DNA of 64,000 nucleotides. It comes from Mobula hypostoma. Its lineage: Eukaryota. The DNA lies in contig NC_086109.1 of NCBI RefSeq assembly GCF_963921235.1, positions 24,678,001 to 24,742,000 of the forward strand. The letters run 5' to 3'. A program made the translations under genes and the position numbers. Of the stretch, positions 1-11,624 are shown one piece after another. The notes beneath the pieces were generated by a model. That model was not told where the DNA came from. It ran no database searches and saw only the letters and a list, made by a program, of their open reading frames with translations. Each line of letters begins with the position of its first letter. The first letter of the stretch is position 1.

Positions 1-1649
1 GTTTGGTACTCATCCATCAACAAACATCATTGGAGTAGGTTCTCTGACCATTAACACGTTCATATTTGTGAGACTTTTTTGGACACAAATCTGTTGCTTG
101 TCCAAAAGGCACCCAAGAAAAACCTGTCAACTCAATGGTCACAGGGCCTTTTACCATGCTGCAGGAATCAATGATCTCCTATCTTTCCAACCTGCGGTGA
201 TTCCAGTCTCCATGTTCCCTTTATCTCATGCTCTCATTATTAACATTCATCCCTCATCTTCATCCAGAGTATGAATCTCTAATTAATGCAGGGCACAGAC
301 TCTTGTTACCTCTTTGGGTAGTTCTTCCCCATCCTTAGCGGTTGTTGGGCAGGGCTCAGCTGGTCATTCTTGTTGATTTGTTGAGCTTTACACCTCATTT
401 TTACACCTCATTCATTGAACTCTCCTTCACAGCTGAAGGGCGTGACTGTCATGCTGCAATCTGCAAGGCCTAATCTGGTATTCAGTATTCTAGTTCTCAA
501 TTTCATTCTATTGGCTCAACTATGATAAAAAAAAAGTAGCTGCCTCATGTACGCTGATTTTAAAATTAAAAACAGGGTCAGAAAATAAATTGGAATCAAA
601 TCCCAGATATAGGGTTTCAACCAGTACACTGACAATTCCTCTTTTCCCACCAATGCTGCTTGAACCATTGTATTCCTATAGCAGATTATTAGTTGCGTTG
701 GAATCAAATACCTGGTTACGACTCATGGCATATTCTAAATAAACAGTTCAGTTTGCCTCCCTATTTTAATGCTGAACTATGAGTTTAATTGATTCTTAAT
801 CTCTCACAATATGTTTTAGTAATGGCTATTAGCACTGATAATGAGCTAAAGACCAGCAGTAAATAAGTGATGTATATTTTTCTTGTGCTGGTATATATTA
901 CAATAGTATTAGTATGCTTCAACATCACTAAATATCTTCCACTGTCAGTGAGACTTTGAAAATTACCAACAGGTGGAACTTCAGATATTTGTCATTCTGT
1001 CCACCAAATGTTAATCATATTCATCTAAATTTTGGTGTAGTTACGGGGAACCATGATAGTTCTGCATTCCTCTCTACTATTCAGCTCAAAAAAGTATTCT
1101 TAAGGTTGTAGGGAGCACAAGTTGTTAATTAGCTGATGAGGATAAGGGACTATCAGTCCTTAACATGTCAGAAATAATAGAGGAACAAGGCTGAAAGGGA
1201 GGAACAGATCAAATTAGGTGTTGAAAGAGAAACAAGGTGACAGAAAGAGATAACAAAAGAAACAGAAAGGAAAAGTAATACACTAATCTTTAACCATGAA
1301 ATCTAACATTTTGTTATCACCAGCTGCAGTTTGTAGCTTGTTTCTAATTGTTCCTATTTTTTTCAACAGTGATTGATATGTTTATCATGCTGATGATTAC
1401 CCAAGTGAGCTTATTACGCCATTGATTGAAGAATTTCGGTGATACATGGTGGCAAAAGGTAAAATGCTGTTTTTAAGGATCTAAGTTGTCAAGTAACTTG
1501 TGCTGATTTAGAATTCATGAGGAATCTCTTCTTCTGACACAAGCTGCTGGCCAAATCATCCATTAGTTATGCACTATTTCCATATTATCCTATTGGCAGC
1601 AACTTTTAGAGCCCACTACATTCAAGTTTGTGAAAAAGATCAATATTTG

Positions 1650-1912
1650 TAAATTTAGAAATCAGCGCGGAACAGGCCTAACGAGACTCGCCGCCCAGCA
1701 AACCCACACGGGTCTAATCACAGGACAATTTACAATGATCAATTAACCTACTAACTGGTACATCTTTGGACTGTGGAAGGAAATTGGAGCATCTGGAGGA
1801 AATCCTCACAGTCAAAGTGAGGATATACAAACTCCTTATAGAGGGCGGCAGAAATCCAATGCCCTGAGCTGTAATAGCATCACATTAACCACTACACTAC
1901 TGTGTCACCCTA
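1650..1912 (-). mobile_element. V-SINE / HE1-like tRNA-derived SINE, degenerate
   Basis: Minus strand starts GGTGACACAGTAGTGTAGTGGTTAA (A-box-like) followed by V-domain-like GGAGTTTGTATATCCTC...GATTTCCTCCAGATGCTCC; resembles 55618-55920. Confidence 0.55.
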
Positions 1913-2264
1913 CGATATGGTGCAGAAGATGTGGTTTGCACTCATAATTTCCACCCTTATCCTGAGCATACTAATCTAGAATATTAGCAGCAGGAGTGGT
2001 GCACAGGCTAGGCTGTATTCTCCCTGGAATCCAGGAAATTTCCCTTCGTGCCAATTATGTCTTGGAAAACTATTCAAGCAATTATCCTCATTGTGCTTAA
2101 TGTAAAAAAAAACTTCCTTTGTCTGATACAAGGTAATATCTATGCCAATATGAAAACAGTTTCACTTCTCACTTGAAGGAATTCAGTGAATCAGTGCCCA
2201 TAATCCTATTTCAGAGGTTCATTGTTCTTCAGGAAAACAAGCATCTCCTAATTTGGCACAGCCT

Positions 2265-2548
2265 CAAAACTGAGGGGCGACCCTTTAGAACAGAGGTAAA
2301 GAGGAATTTTTTTAGCCAAGGTGTAGTAAATCTGAAGAATGCTCTGCCATAGACTGAGGTGGAGGCCAAGTCTGTGCATATGTTTAAGGCAGAGATTGAT
2401 TCTTACCTGGTCGGTCAGGTCATCAAAGGATATGGCAAGAAGACAGGTGTATGGGGTTGAGTGGGATCCGAGATCAGCCATGATGGAATGGCAGAGCAGA
2501 CTTGATGGGCTGAATGGCCTAATTCTGCTCCTATGTCTTATGGTCTAA
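2265..2548 (+). mobile_element. CR1 LINE 3' end fragment
   Basis: Ends GATGGGCTGAATGGCCTAATTCTGCTCCTATGTCTTATGGTCT; the same tail occurs near 20300, 49040 and 54970. Confidence 0.8.
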
Positions 2549-2691
2549 CAACAATCCTCAATCTAATTCATGCAATAAAGAACCGTGATTTCAGGTTCTC
2601 CCTAAGATATCTAACTATAACAAATGCTCAACTGAAACACAATGTATCTTTACAACCTCAATCAAAGCAACTCTACTCAAGCTGAAAAGGA

Positions 2692-2850
2692 AAAATATCT
2701 GCAGATGCTGGAAATCTGCTATAAAATCAAAAAGTGCTGGAAGCATGCAGCAGGTCTGGCATCAGCTTTGGAAAGAGGGAAAAAAGAGTCATGTTTCAGA
2801 TTAAAGAAGAGTCTCAGTGTTTCCAGCATCTTCTGTTTTCTTTTTATCTC
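2692..2850 (-). mobile_element. Degenerate Penelope-like terminal repeat with short inverted arm
   Basis: CTGCAGATGCTGGAAA at left and TTTCCAGCATCT at right; similar to termini at 27433 and 62199. Confidence 0.5.
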
Positions 2851-2909
2851 TTCTGGCTCATTACAAGTCTCAGCTATTTCAACACTTCAACAAAGGTAAA
2901 GTCTTTCAA

Positions 2910-3050
2910 CAAAGGCATTCAGATGAAGAGTCTTGGCTTGAAACGTCGACAGTTTTCTCTTTTCCATAGATGCTGCCTGGCCTGCTGAGTTCTTCCAGCA
3001 TTTTGTGTGTGTTGCTTCGATTTCCAGCATCTGCAGATTTTCTCTTATTT
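2910..3050 (+). mobile_element. Penelope-like terminal mini-insertion beginning at a degenerate hammerhead
   Basis: CAGATGAAGAGTCTTGGCTTGAAACGTCGACAG...CCAGCATCTGCAGATTT; TSD GTAAAGTC(T/C)TTCAA at 2896-2909 and 3051-3064. Confidence 0.75.
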
Positions 3051-3351
3051 GTAAAGTCCTTCAAACAAGTTTTAGGAAGCAAAGTCCATTTCCACCACTG
3101 AACAGACCATTGACACTTCTCTTCACTTTTACATAGAATACCACTGAATTAAAATACTTTCAGAACACTCCTATTGTATTAAATTCTTAATCCACAGGTT
3201 AGATGCTAAGTATTGTGTTATTCATTGTTAAATATCCACTGTTCTATAATGGAATTGGAATGCCAGCTAGCCTGGAGCTTAAAACACTCCTTTGAATGCA
3301 CAGAAAAATTTTTCAGAAAAATAAAAACAGTCGCTAGAACAGTATATTCCA

Positions 3352-3950
3352 CCGGCACCTTTACTTCTTGAGAAAGCTAAAGAAATTTGGCCTGTCCCCT
3401 AAAACCCTCACTAATTTTTATAGATACACTGTAGAAAGCATTATTCTAGGGTGCATCACAACCTGGTATGGAAGTTGTCCTGTCCAAGACCGGAAGAAGC
3501 TGCAGAAGATCGTGAACACGGTGCAGCACATCACACAAACCAATCTTCCGTCCTTGGACTCACTTTACACCGCACGCTGTCAGAGCAGTGCTGCCAGGAT
3601 AATCAAGGACACGACCCACCCAGCCAATACACTTTTCGTCCTTCTTCTCTCCAGGAGAAGGCTCAGGAGCTTGAAGACTCGTACGGCCAGATTTGGGAAC
3701 AGCTTCTTTCCAACTGTGATAAGAATGCTGAACGGATCCTGACCTGGATCTGGGCCGTACCCTCCAAATATCTGGACCTACCTCTTGGTTTTTTTGCACT
3801 ACCTTACTTTCCCTTTTCTATTTTCTATTTATGATTTATAATTTCAATTTTTGCTATTTACTATCAATTTGTACTCCAGGGAGCACGAAGTGCTGAATCA
3901 AATATTGCTGTGATGATTGTACGCTCTAGTATCAATTGTTTGGCAACAAT
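3352..3950 (+). mobile_element. Rex1/Babar-type LINE 3' fragment (ORF C-terminus and 3' UTR)
   Basis: ORF 3368-3742 LRKLKKFGLSPKTLTNFYRYTVESIILGCITTWYG...HPANTLF...RFGNSFFP matches the C-terminal region typical of Rex1/Babar. Confidence 0.85.
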
Positions 3951-5374
3951 GAGGTGTTCTCCTGGACTTGAAAGTAATTTGCAAGTTTGAATTTTAAAGA
4001 GCCATGATTGCACTTAAAGGTAAATTTAAGTGATTCTCACCTGGGTCTACAGCCTGGTCAGGCTGCTACCCTTGTATGCAGTGGTGGCCATGCTAATGAT
4101 GGCTCCACTCTCCTCCTCATTTCTCCCACTGATGCTGCATGATCTGCTGAGTTCCCCCAGCACGTTGTTTGTTGCTTTAGGTTCCAGCATTTGCAGTCTC
4201 CTTTGCCCTCTTCTCTACCAGTTGGGAAAAGAAAAGCATCAGCAGAAGAACTGAATCAATTCCCTTCTTATTCACCCATCCATAAAGATCCCCATGCTAA
4301 AATTGTGCCTTCTGATATTAGGCCATGAAAATGGCTTAATATTGCAAAACTCTCCTCAATGAGCTTCATCTCCATCATACATCAATAAATAAAACATTGC
4401 CTCATGTTTCAGGAGTTATGTGTCAGTGGAGTCACTGAATGCTTCCTGGGGGAAGTGATGCGTGTGCTTAGACTTGTTGCTTCTGTTGGAAAAGTCTATT
4501 GGAGACACACGTTTCCAGATCCAATAATTACACTACAGAGATGAACAAATTGCTTATTTCCATCAACAATTTATAGAATTTCCAAATCAAGACAACTTTG
4601 CTTAGAAAAATAGTTTAGCAGCCTAAACTCTTACCACTCAGCACTTGGGAATAGAATGAAAACAGTATCAAATCCTTTGCACCCTTTATAAGCCTCCTGT
4701 TTCAGACTGAAAGCCTTTTGTACAAGTATCTGGAGCCAAGGTGAAGCTGGGGCCCTTTTCATATTTAGTTGAGACAGGCAAAAGCTTTGTTCTGTGCCCA
4801 TCAACATTTAACTATGTAAATACTCCACTTGACAATGTTTATTTCATCTTATTGCCTTTCTCCAAATAAAACGGAGAATGGTCTGTAGATGTTTACAGTT
4901 TGTTTAAAAAGTTTAACCATAGCAACTTCTGGCAGCATGAAAGACTTATGAGACAGCCAGCATCTTAAAAAAGGAGTCCATTGAGTCTATGTCCAATAAA
5001 ATATGATAAATTATACAATTAAACATACCATTGATTCTCATAAAATGAAAAGATTATAACATTATTCTTCCAACTTTTACTCCACTAAATTCTGTAGTTC
5101 TTTCATCCACAGTGGCTATTTTTATTTCCATGAAAGGACGGTCAAGGACCAGAGCTTGTTTAAACGAGTGGGTGGAACTGTATTAGCTACAACTCAATGT
5201 TCTAAAGGGAGCTGCCTGCCTTCAAATATTTCGACAAGTTAAAATCCTGGGCCTACATGGAGTCTTTGTAACTCTGAGACAGACTGGGTGATCAGTGCCA
5301 CTGACTCTTCGCTCTGCTCAATGGCCTTGGGATCAGAGAGCTGATTCATCTCAATGGAGAGTTTTGGTCTAGAG

Positions 5375-5530
5375 AAAGAAGGAAAAACACCAGAGATCTG
5401 CAGATGCTGTGAATCTTGGGCAACAAACATAAGATGCTTCTTAAAGGAACTTGACCTAAACTGTTTACTTTCCTCCATAGATACTGCCTGACCTTTTGAA
5501 TTCCTCCAGCACTGTTTGTGTGTTGTTTGA
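5375..5530. mobile_element. Old collapsed Penelope-terminus palindrome
   Basis: Left part ATCTGCAGATGCTG (antisense terminus); right part CCATAGATACTGCCTGACC...TCCTCCAGCACTGTTTGTGTGTTG (sense terminus). Confidence 0.5.
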
Positions 5531-5829
5531 AAAGCATTAGAGCTTTTTCCCAGAAAGCATGTGCTTTTGTTCATTTGCAATGTTTTAATTTTTTAAATAG
5601 TTTATTGATTTCTGAAAATTATTTGCATCACTTTTATTATTGGTTTCATGTTCCTGAGTATCAGAGATTTAAAACGTGTAGAGAAATCCTTGGGTCATGA
5701 ACTCAAGAGAAATCTCCACTTCTGGTCTATCCTCCCATCAAAGAGTGCTGGGGCTATTTGAGGAAGCTCACTGAGGCTCACTCATGGCCAAAATCTTACT
5801 TTTCCTCACTGCTCAGTGCCATTAGCTCA

Positions 5830-6030
5830 AGATACAACAACAACCTCTTACTCATTGTCAACAAGATCAAGGAGCAGATTACTGATTTCAGGAGGAGGAA
5901 ACTGGAGATTCATGAACTAGGCCTCATTTGAGATCAGAGCTGGAGAGGGTCAGCAACATTAAGTTCCTCGGTGTTATCATTTCAGAGGACCTGCCCTGGG
6001 CCCAGCAGATAAGTGCAATTACGAAGAAAG
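5830..6030 (+). mobile_element. Rex1/Babar RT fragment
   Basis: Degenerate LIVNKIKEQITDFRRRK...ERVSNIKFLGVIISEDLPW; matches 56440-56600. Confidence 0.65.
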
Positions 6031-6943
6031 ATTTTAAGATTTGAAATGAAGAATAGTAACAAGCAATAGAGTAACTAGAGCTCCAAAATATGAAAATCAT
6101 AAGAAACCTATAGATGCTCTGCATCTAAAATAAAAACAGAAAATGTGGCAAGTAATCAGAAGGTCAGGCTGCATCTGTGGCAAGAGTTAAAGTGTCAGGC
6201 TGAAGAGCCTTTGTACCATGTATGAAACCTTTCTCTCCATTCCCATTGTATACAATGCCAATGAACGAAACCTCTTCCCATTTCCTTCCAAAGTATGAAG
6301 TCTGAATTCACCAACCAGACCTCCATTTACTCGTAAGTTCACAACCCAAATGTACCACTTTATTTCCTAATCATTCCCATTATGCATAATCCCAATGAAC
6401 TAAAGCTCTCTTATTTCATTCTAAGTGTATATAATTCCAAAGGATCAAACATTTCCCACTTAGTTCAGTCATTAGCAGCCTCGCTCAACCAAATTATTGA
6501 GCATTGGTGAATGGGTCAAAACTAGGGGACATAAAACGAAAAAAAAATGACAGGAGGAGTTTTTTTTTCTTCTTTGTCTGTAAATAGGGTCTGAAATGCA
6601 TTTCCAGGGTTACCGGTAAGAGTAGATTCAAGATTCAAGGTTGTTTATTGTCATGTTTCATTACACGAGTGTAAAGGAGAACAAAATGATTGTTACTCTA
6701 TATCTAATGCAGCTTAAAAAAGCACAAGAAATATAAATATAAAAGCAATCCAATAGAACACAATGTTCAGCTACCTGTTGAGCTCAGCTTTCCATATATA
6801 AGATTAGTTTGTATACATACACTGATTGTATGTACATAAAGTGACACTAGGTTCAGGAGTATCTGTACCTAAGTTGTCTCTGAAGGGAAATAATAAAGAA
6901 ACAAAGTGACTCTTGGCAAGAGGAGCAGGGTATATGAAAACCC

Positions 6944-7627
6944 TGTGAGTCTGTTGGGGTCATCTATTGCATCCGGTGCTCCCGGTGCGGCCTCCTCTAC
7001 ATCGGTGAAACCTGACACAGATTGGGGGACCACTTCATCCAGCACCTCTGCTCCGTCCGCCACAACAGACAGGATCTCCCAGTAGCCACCCACTTCAACT
7101 CTGCTTCCCACTCCCATTTGGATATGTCCATACATGGCCTCCTCTACTGCCATGATGAGGCTAAACTCAGGTTGGAGGAGCAACACCTCATATACCGTCT
7201 AGGTAGTCTCCAGCCCCTTGGTATGAACATAGAATTCTCCAACTTCCAGTAATTCCCCCCAATACCCTTCCCCTATCCCTATTTCACTCTGCCCCCTCTC
7301 CCAGCTGCCTATCACCTCCCTCATGGTTCCACCTCCTTCTATTACCCATTGTGTTTTCCCCTATTCTTTCTTCACCTTTCCTGCCTATCACCTCCCTGCT
7401 TCCCCTCCCCCACCCCTTTATCTTTCCCCTTACTGGTTTTTCACCTGGAACTGACCAGCCTTCTCCTTCTTTATAGGGCCTCTGCCCCTTCCCTCTACAG
7501 TCCTGACGAAGGGTTCTGGCCCGAAACGTTGACTGATCGTTTCCACGGATGCTGCCAAACCTGCTGAGTTCCTCCAGCACGTTGTGAGTGTTGCTTTGAC
7601 CCCAGTATCTGCAGATTATTTTGTGTT
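6944..7627 (+). mobile_element. Penelope-like element, 5'-truncated: GIY-YIG endonuclease end, pyrimidine-rich UTR, hammerhead terminus
   Basis: GVIYCIRCSRCGLLYIGET...LGDHFIQHLCSVR...PVATHFN...RLEEQHLIYRLGSLQPLGMNIEF; perfect 13-bp TSD TATATGAAAACCC at 6931-6943 and 7628-7640. Confidence 0.9.
7498..7535 (+). ncRNA. Minimal type-I hammerhead ribozyme motif (Penelope-associated)
   Basis: CAGUC-CUGACGA-A-GGG(UUCUGG)CCC-GAAA-CG-UU-GACUG: stem I 7498-7502/7531-7535, stem II 7511-7513/7520-7522, stem III reduced to self-complementary AACGUU. Confidence 0.75.
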
Positions 7628-8727
7628 TATATGAAAACCCAGTAGGATAGTGACTGTGTCACTGGAGGTATGAAATGTGGAGTGCGAGGGATAGTGGTAG
7701 TGCCTGTGGGTTATGAAGGGTGCTGAGAGGCTGTGGAGAGGAATGGCTGATGTGGATGTAATGATGGTGGGGATTGGTGTAGTGGGCTACTGGGTAGAGG
7801 TGTTGATCAGCATGACAGCTTGGGGGACGTAACTGTTTTAGAGTCTGGTGGTCCTGGCATGAAAGCAGCGTAACTTCTTCCCTGATGGAAGTGGGACAGG
7901 CAGTCCATAAGCAGTAAGCCTGGGACCCTTTCCTGATCACTCACCTTTATCCAGCACCTTTCTGTATATATGTCCTTGATGGCAGGTAGGTTGGTGCCAG
8001 TGAGGCATTGTAAGTTTTAACTACCTATTGCAGAAGCCTCCAATCTGCTGCAGAGCAGCTTCTGAACTAAAACTGTAATACTCAACTGTAACATTTAATG
8101 ATAATGTCACTCATTAAAGTTAAGGGTCTGAGTATCACAGCATTATTTCAGTTCCAAATTTAGAACAGAGACAATGAAATTTAAAAATCCTCATATTCAA
8201 GTGTTGGCAGCACTTAATGTCCAACTTCCACAAGTTCTGCACAATGGAAGGAACATAGTAATTTCCAGAAGAGGGACTGGGGAAATAAAATTATCACAGG
8301 ACAACATGAAGGATTTTTTTGCTGGCCTACCCCAATTAGAAAGCTGTCACTGTAATTGTGATTTGTCTGTTTATGAATGGAACTCTCAGACTCTTTCTGA
8401 CCAACGCTTGCTGCAAACAAGAGTTGCTAATCTCAGCTGAATGGCATCATTTCATCCATGAAGCTTAACATTTTGGAACATATCCTCTTTAGCTCTTTGT
8501 TGTTTTCTGATCCACTATCAGACTCCGTTTCCACTCTCATCATGATAGTTGAAGGTAAGTTAACGATGATCACATTCAAGGTTAAAAATTGAATTGAACT
8601 ACAGTTTGGTGCAGGACCACTTGGAAGATGAATAGGCTCAGAGGAAGTAATTTCTTTTAAGCTCTTCCCTTCTGCATGGCAGGTGTAAAATTTTAAAAGA
8701 GTGTAGGGGTAATCTGTCAAGTAGGGT

Positions 8728-9310
8728 GCTGTGCACAATCCTAGTTTGATGGAGACAAACGTGAGAGCACGGAGGAACATCTGGTGAAACTTCTGAAATG
8801 CCTGTCTTGCTGCTGCTGCCACTGTGTGATCCAGAATCTCCAGAGGGGGAGGCTCTGAGTCCTCAGATTTGCTTGTTGCTCGGCGGCCGGGGAGGGGTCA
8901 AAGCGCTCGGCAGAGATGGTGCTCGGTGCTCGGTGTCGGAGGGCTGGATGGAGGCTTGAAGTTTTCAGACGGACTCAAAGTCGGCTGCAGTCGGGTGCTT
9001 CCAATGCATTGGCAAGTTTGTGGCACTTGGAGGTTCATGGCAGGGAGAGTTTCTCCCTTCTACCATCTGCGTGAGATGATGGGGCTATCGGGACTTCTTT
9101 TTACCATGCCCATGGTCTGCTCTTTATCAAATTATGGTATTGCTTTGCACTGTTGTAACCATATGTTATAATTATGTGGTTTTGTCAGTTTTAGTCTTGG
9201 TTTGTCCTGTGTTTCTGTGTTATCTTTCTGGAGGAACATTGTATCATTTTTTAATGCATGCATTCCTAAATGACAATAAACGAGGACTGAGCGTAGATTA
9301 TGAATCTAAA
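8728..9310 (+). mobile_element. Non-autonomous retroposon, 5'-truncated copy of the family at 38549-39185
   Basis: Colinear similarity with 38622-39165 (GTGCACAATCCT...GCGCTCGGCAGAGATGGTGCTCGGTGCTCGGTGTC...ACAATAAA); no coding potential. Confidence 0.75.
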
Positions 9311-9379
9311 AAAAATTCTCGCCTGTCAGCATATCTACAAATGAAAATTATCTGCAATCTCATATGAAGTTAGCAATTC

Positions 9380-10022
9380 CTCTACCAGGCTCAAGAACAG
9401 TTGCTGTCCCTCAAGCATCAGGCTCTTGAATAAAAGGGGATAATTACACTCACTTGCCCCATCATTGAAATGTTTCCACAACCAATGATCTCATTTTAAG
9501 GACTCCTTACCTCATTATCTCATGTTCTCATTATTTATCGCTATTTGTTTATATTTGCATTTGCACTGTTTGTTGTTTTCTACAGTCTGGCTGATCATTC
9601 AATAAAGGCATCCATTAGTCTTGCGAGACCATGGATCTGCACCTGGAAAGTCTCCTGGGCCTGGGAAAGGTTGTATGGAAGACCAGCAGTTGCCTATGTT
9701 GCAAGTCTCCCCTCTCCATGACACCAATGTTGTCCAAGGGAAGGGCATACAGCTTGGCACCAGTGTCGTCACAGAGCAATGTGTGATTAAGTGCCTTACT
9801 CAAGGACACAACACGTTGCCTCGGCTGGGGCTAGAACTCACGACCTTCAGGTCGCTAGTCCAATGCCTTAACCACTTGGCCACGTGCCCACTTGATCATT
9901 CATTAATACTGTTATGTTACTGTTATAGAGATTTGCTGGGTATGCCCATGGGAAAAAGCTTCTCAGAGTTGTGTATGGTGGCATATGTATACTTTGATGA
10001 TAAATTTACTTCGAACTTTGAA
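9380..10022 (+). mobile_element. Rex1/Babar 3' UTR split by the SINE at 9605-9890
   Basis: Colinear with 48100-48442; ends TTTGATGATAAATTTACTTCGAACTTTGAA. Confidence 0.75.
9605..9890 (-). mobile_element. tRNA-derived SINE with CORE-like segment and RTE-like body/tail
   Basis: A box TGGCCAAGTGG, B box GTTCTAGCC, then TGTGTCCTTGAGTAAGGCACTTAA; TSD TGATCATTCA at 9592-9601 and 9893-9902; copies at 22996 and 26472. Confidence 0.85.
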
Positions 10023-11587
10023 TAAAGATAGGCGATATGAGAAGTGAAAATATGAAGCATAACTGAGTATGCTTTTCCCCAGATGGAAATGTAGAGGAAG
10101 CATTATTCTGCACAGGGCTTCCACTACTTTGTTAAGATTGGCAATATGCTGCATACCCAATTGATATCATCTCTCACCTTGAGAGAAACACAGATTCCAA
10201 GCAGCATGAATCTTTCCAATCTCAGATAAATTTCCCAGCAAAGTCATTTTTTGATAAAGAAATTTTTCCCTCGGGCAATGTTGCATCTTTCTTTAACTTT
10301 AACCCTACACAGCAGGGTGAGAAGGATTCACCTTTAACTTCTAGTGTGCTGTATTTAATTGCTCCCTGTTGGGAAATTCTAGCCCAACATTTAGTTCCCT
10401 GCAGTGTGAAAAGACTGATTACTATCCACCTCATCATCAGTCTATAGGCTGGTCACCTACTGCTTGTTAACTTTGTGGCCTCTTATTCAAAGTGGGAAAA
10501 ATTTAAATAACTGCAAATTTTCCTCAGAAGGAAAATTATTTTTTCTTTGAGCTTAACAAATTGAATAAAATCAAACTTATCACCTGGAATATATTCAGAC
10601 TTATTCTTCATTGTCTGTCAGAGCAGATGAGCTGAATATTAGACATAGTATGTCTGAGACTCAAAGGTGGTCTTATAAAGATTTATAACATAGAAGGGGA
10701 CAATTCAGGCCACTGTATCTCATGCCTTTTTATTAGGGAAGCCCATAAATAATCCCACTGACCCACATTCTCCCCATCGTTCTGCAGAGAGTCCTGCAAC
10801 AATCAGAACTAATTGGTGCAGGCATTCCCCATAGCCCAGAAGTTATCTCCGCTTCAAATATTTATACAATTTTCATTTGGAAGTAACATTCACACACTAT
10901 GGAGAATGATTCCATACTCCAACAATTCCATGAATAAAAAAATCCTAAATTTTCAAACTCATTGAGATTTTAAAATTGATTTGTCCTCCTTGATGATTCA
11001 TTTCCAGTTTATCAAAACCTTTCATAAAATTTAAATTAAATCTCTTTTGATTCTTCTCTCTCCCCTGGTTTCTCAAATCTTTCATCGTAACTGAAGTTTC
11101 TTATCCAGATATCACACTGGTGAATCTGTATTGTCCACTCTCTTTGGTCTCATTTCCATGCCTAGAAATGAGCGCTAAAATGCAGGAAGGCTTTCTTTTG
11201 ACACTCTTCCAAAAATGAAAAAAAACTTTCTCCCTGTATTGTGCAACAGCTATTGATAGAACTAGCATTAATAATTTTGTTACAAAATCTCCAGTTAGAG
11301 CACAAAATAACCATTAACCAGCACTATGGTAAGATTATGAGAGATTTCTACACAAGATATCTGTGCTCCCACTGACCAAGGCAGAAAGCCATTATTAATC
11401 ATTTTCTTTGAGAAAGTATCTTGGTCTGACATATACCTACTGGAGTTCTTTCTGGCCTGAAATCATTTCTCTTCTGGCCCTTGCCACCAATAGAAAACTG
11501 GACAATGAAGAACAGAGTGATTAAGAGAGACAGGCAGAATCAGAAAGGGGTAGAGAGACAGAGTGACAAAGACAGAAACAGAGGCAA

Positions 11588-11591
<4 letters not shown>

Positions 11592-11622
<31 letters not shown>
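11592..11622 (+). repeat. (AG)n microsatellite within a purine-rich tract (about 11520-11910)
   Basis: Direct reading. Confidence 0.95.

Positions 11623-11624
<2 letters not shown>

Larger units (their letters stand above)
6627..8070 (-). mobile_element. Degenerate Rex1/Babar-like LINE 3' fragment interrupted by Penelope 6944-7627
   Basis: (TTCAAGA)n tail with TTTATTGTC at 6627-6652; 7820-8070 resembles the reverse of the Rex C-terminal region. Confidence 0.5.

Noticed and set aside
8433..8822. 129-aa minus-strand ORF as a host gene
   Set aside because: Starts inside a repeat, no recognisable domain
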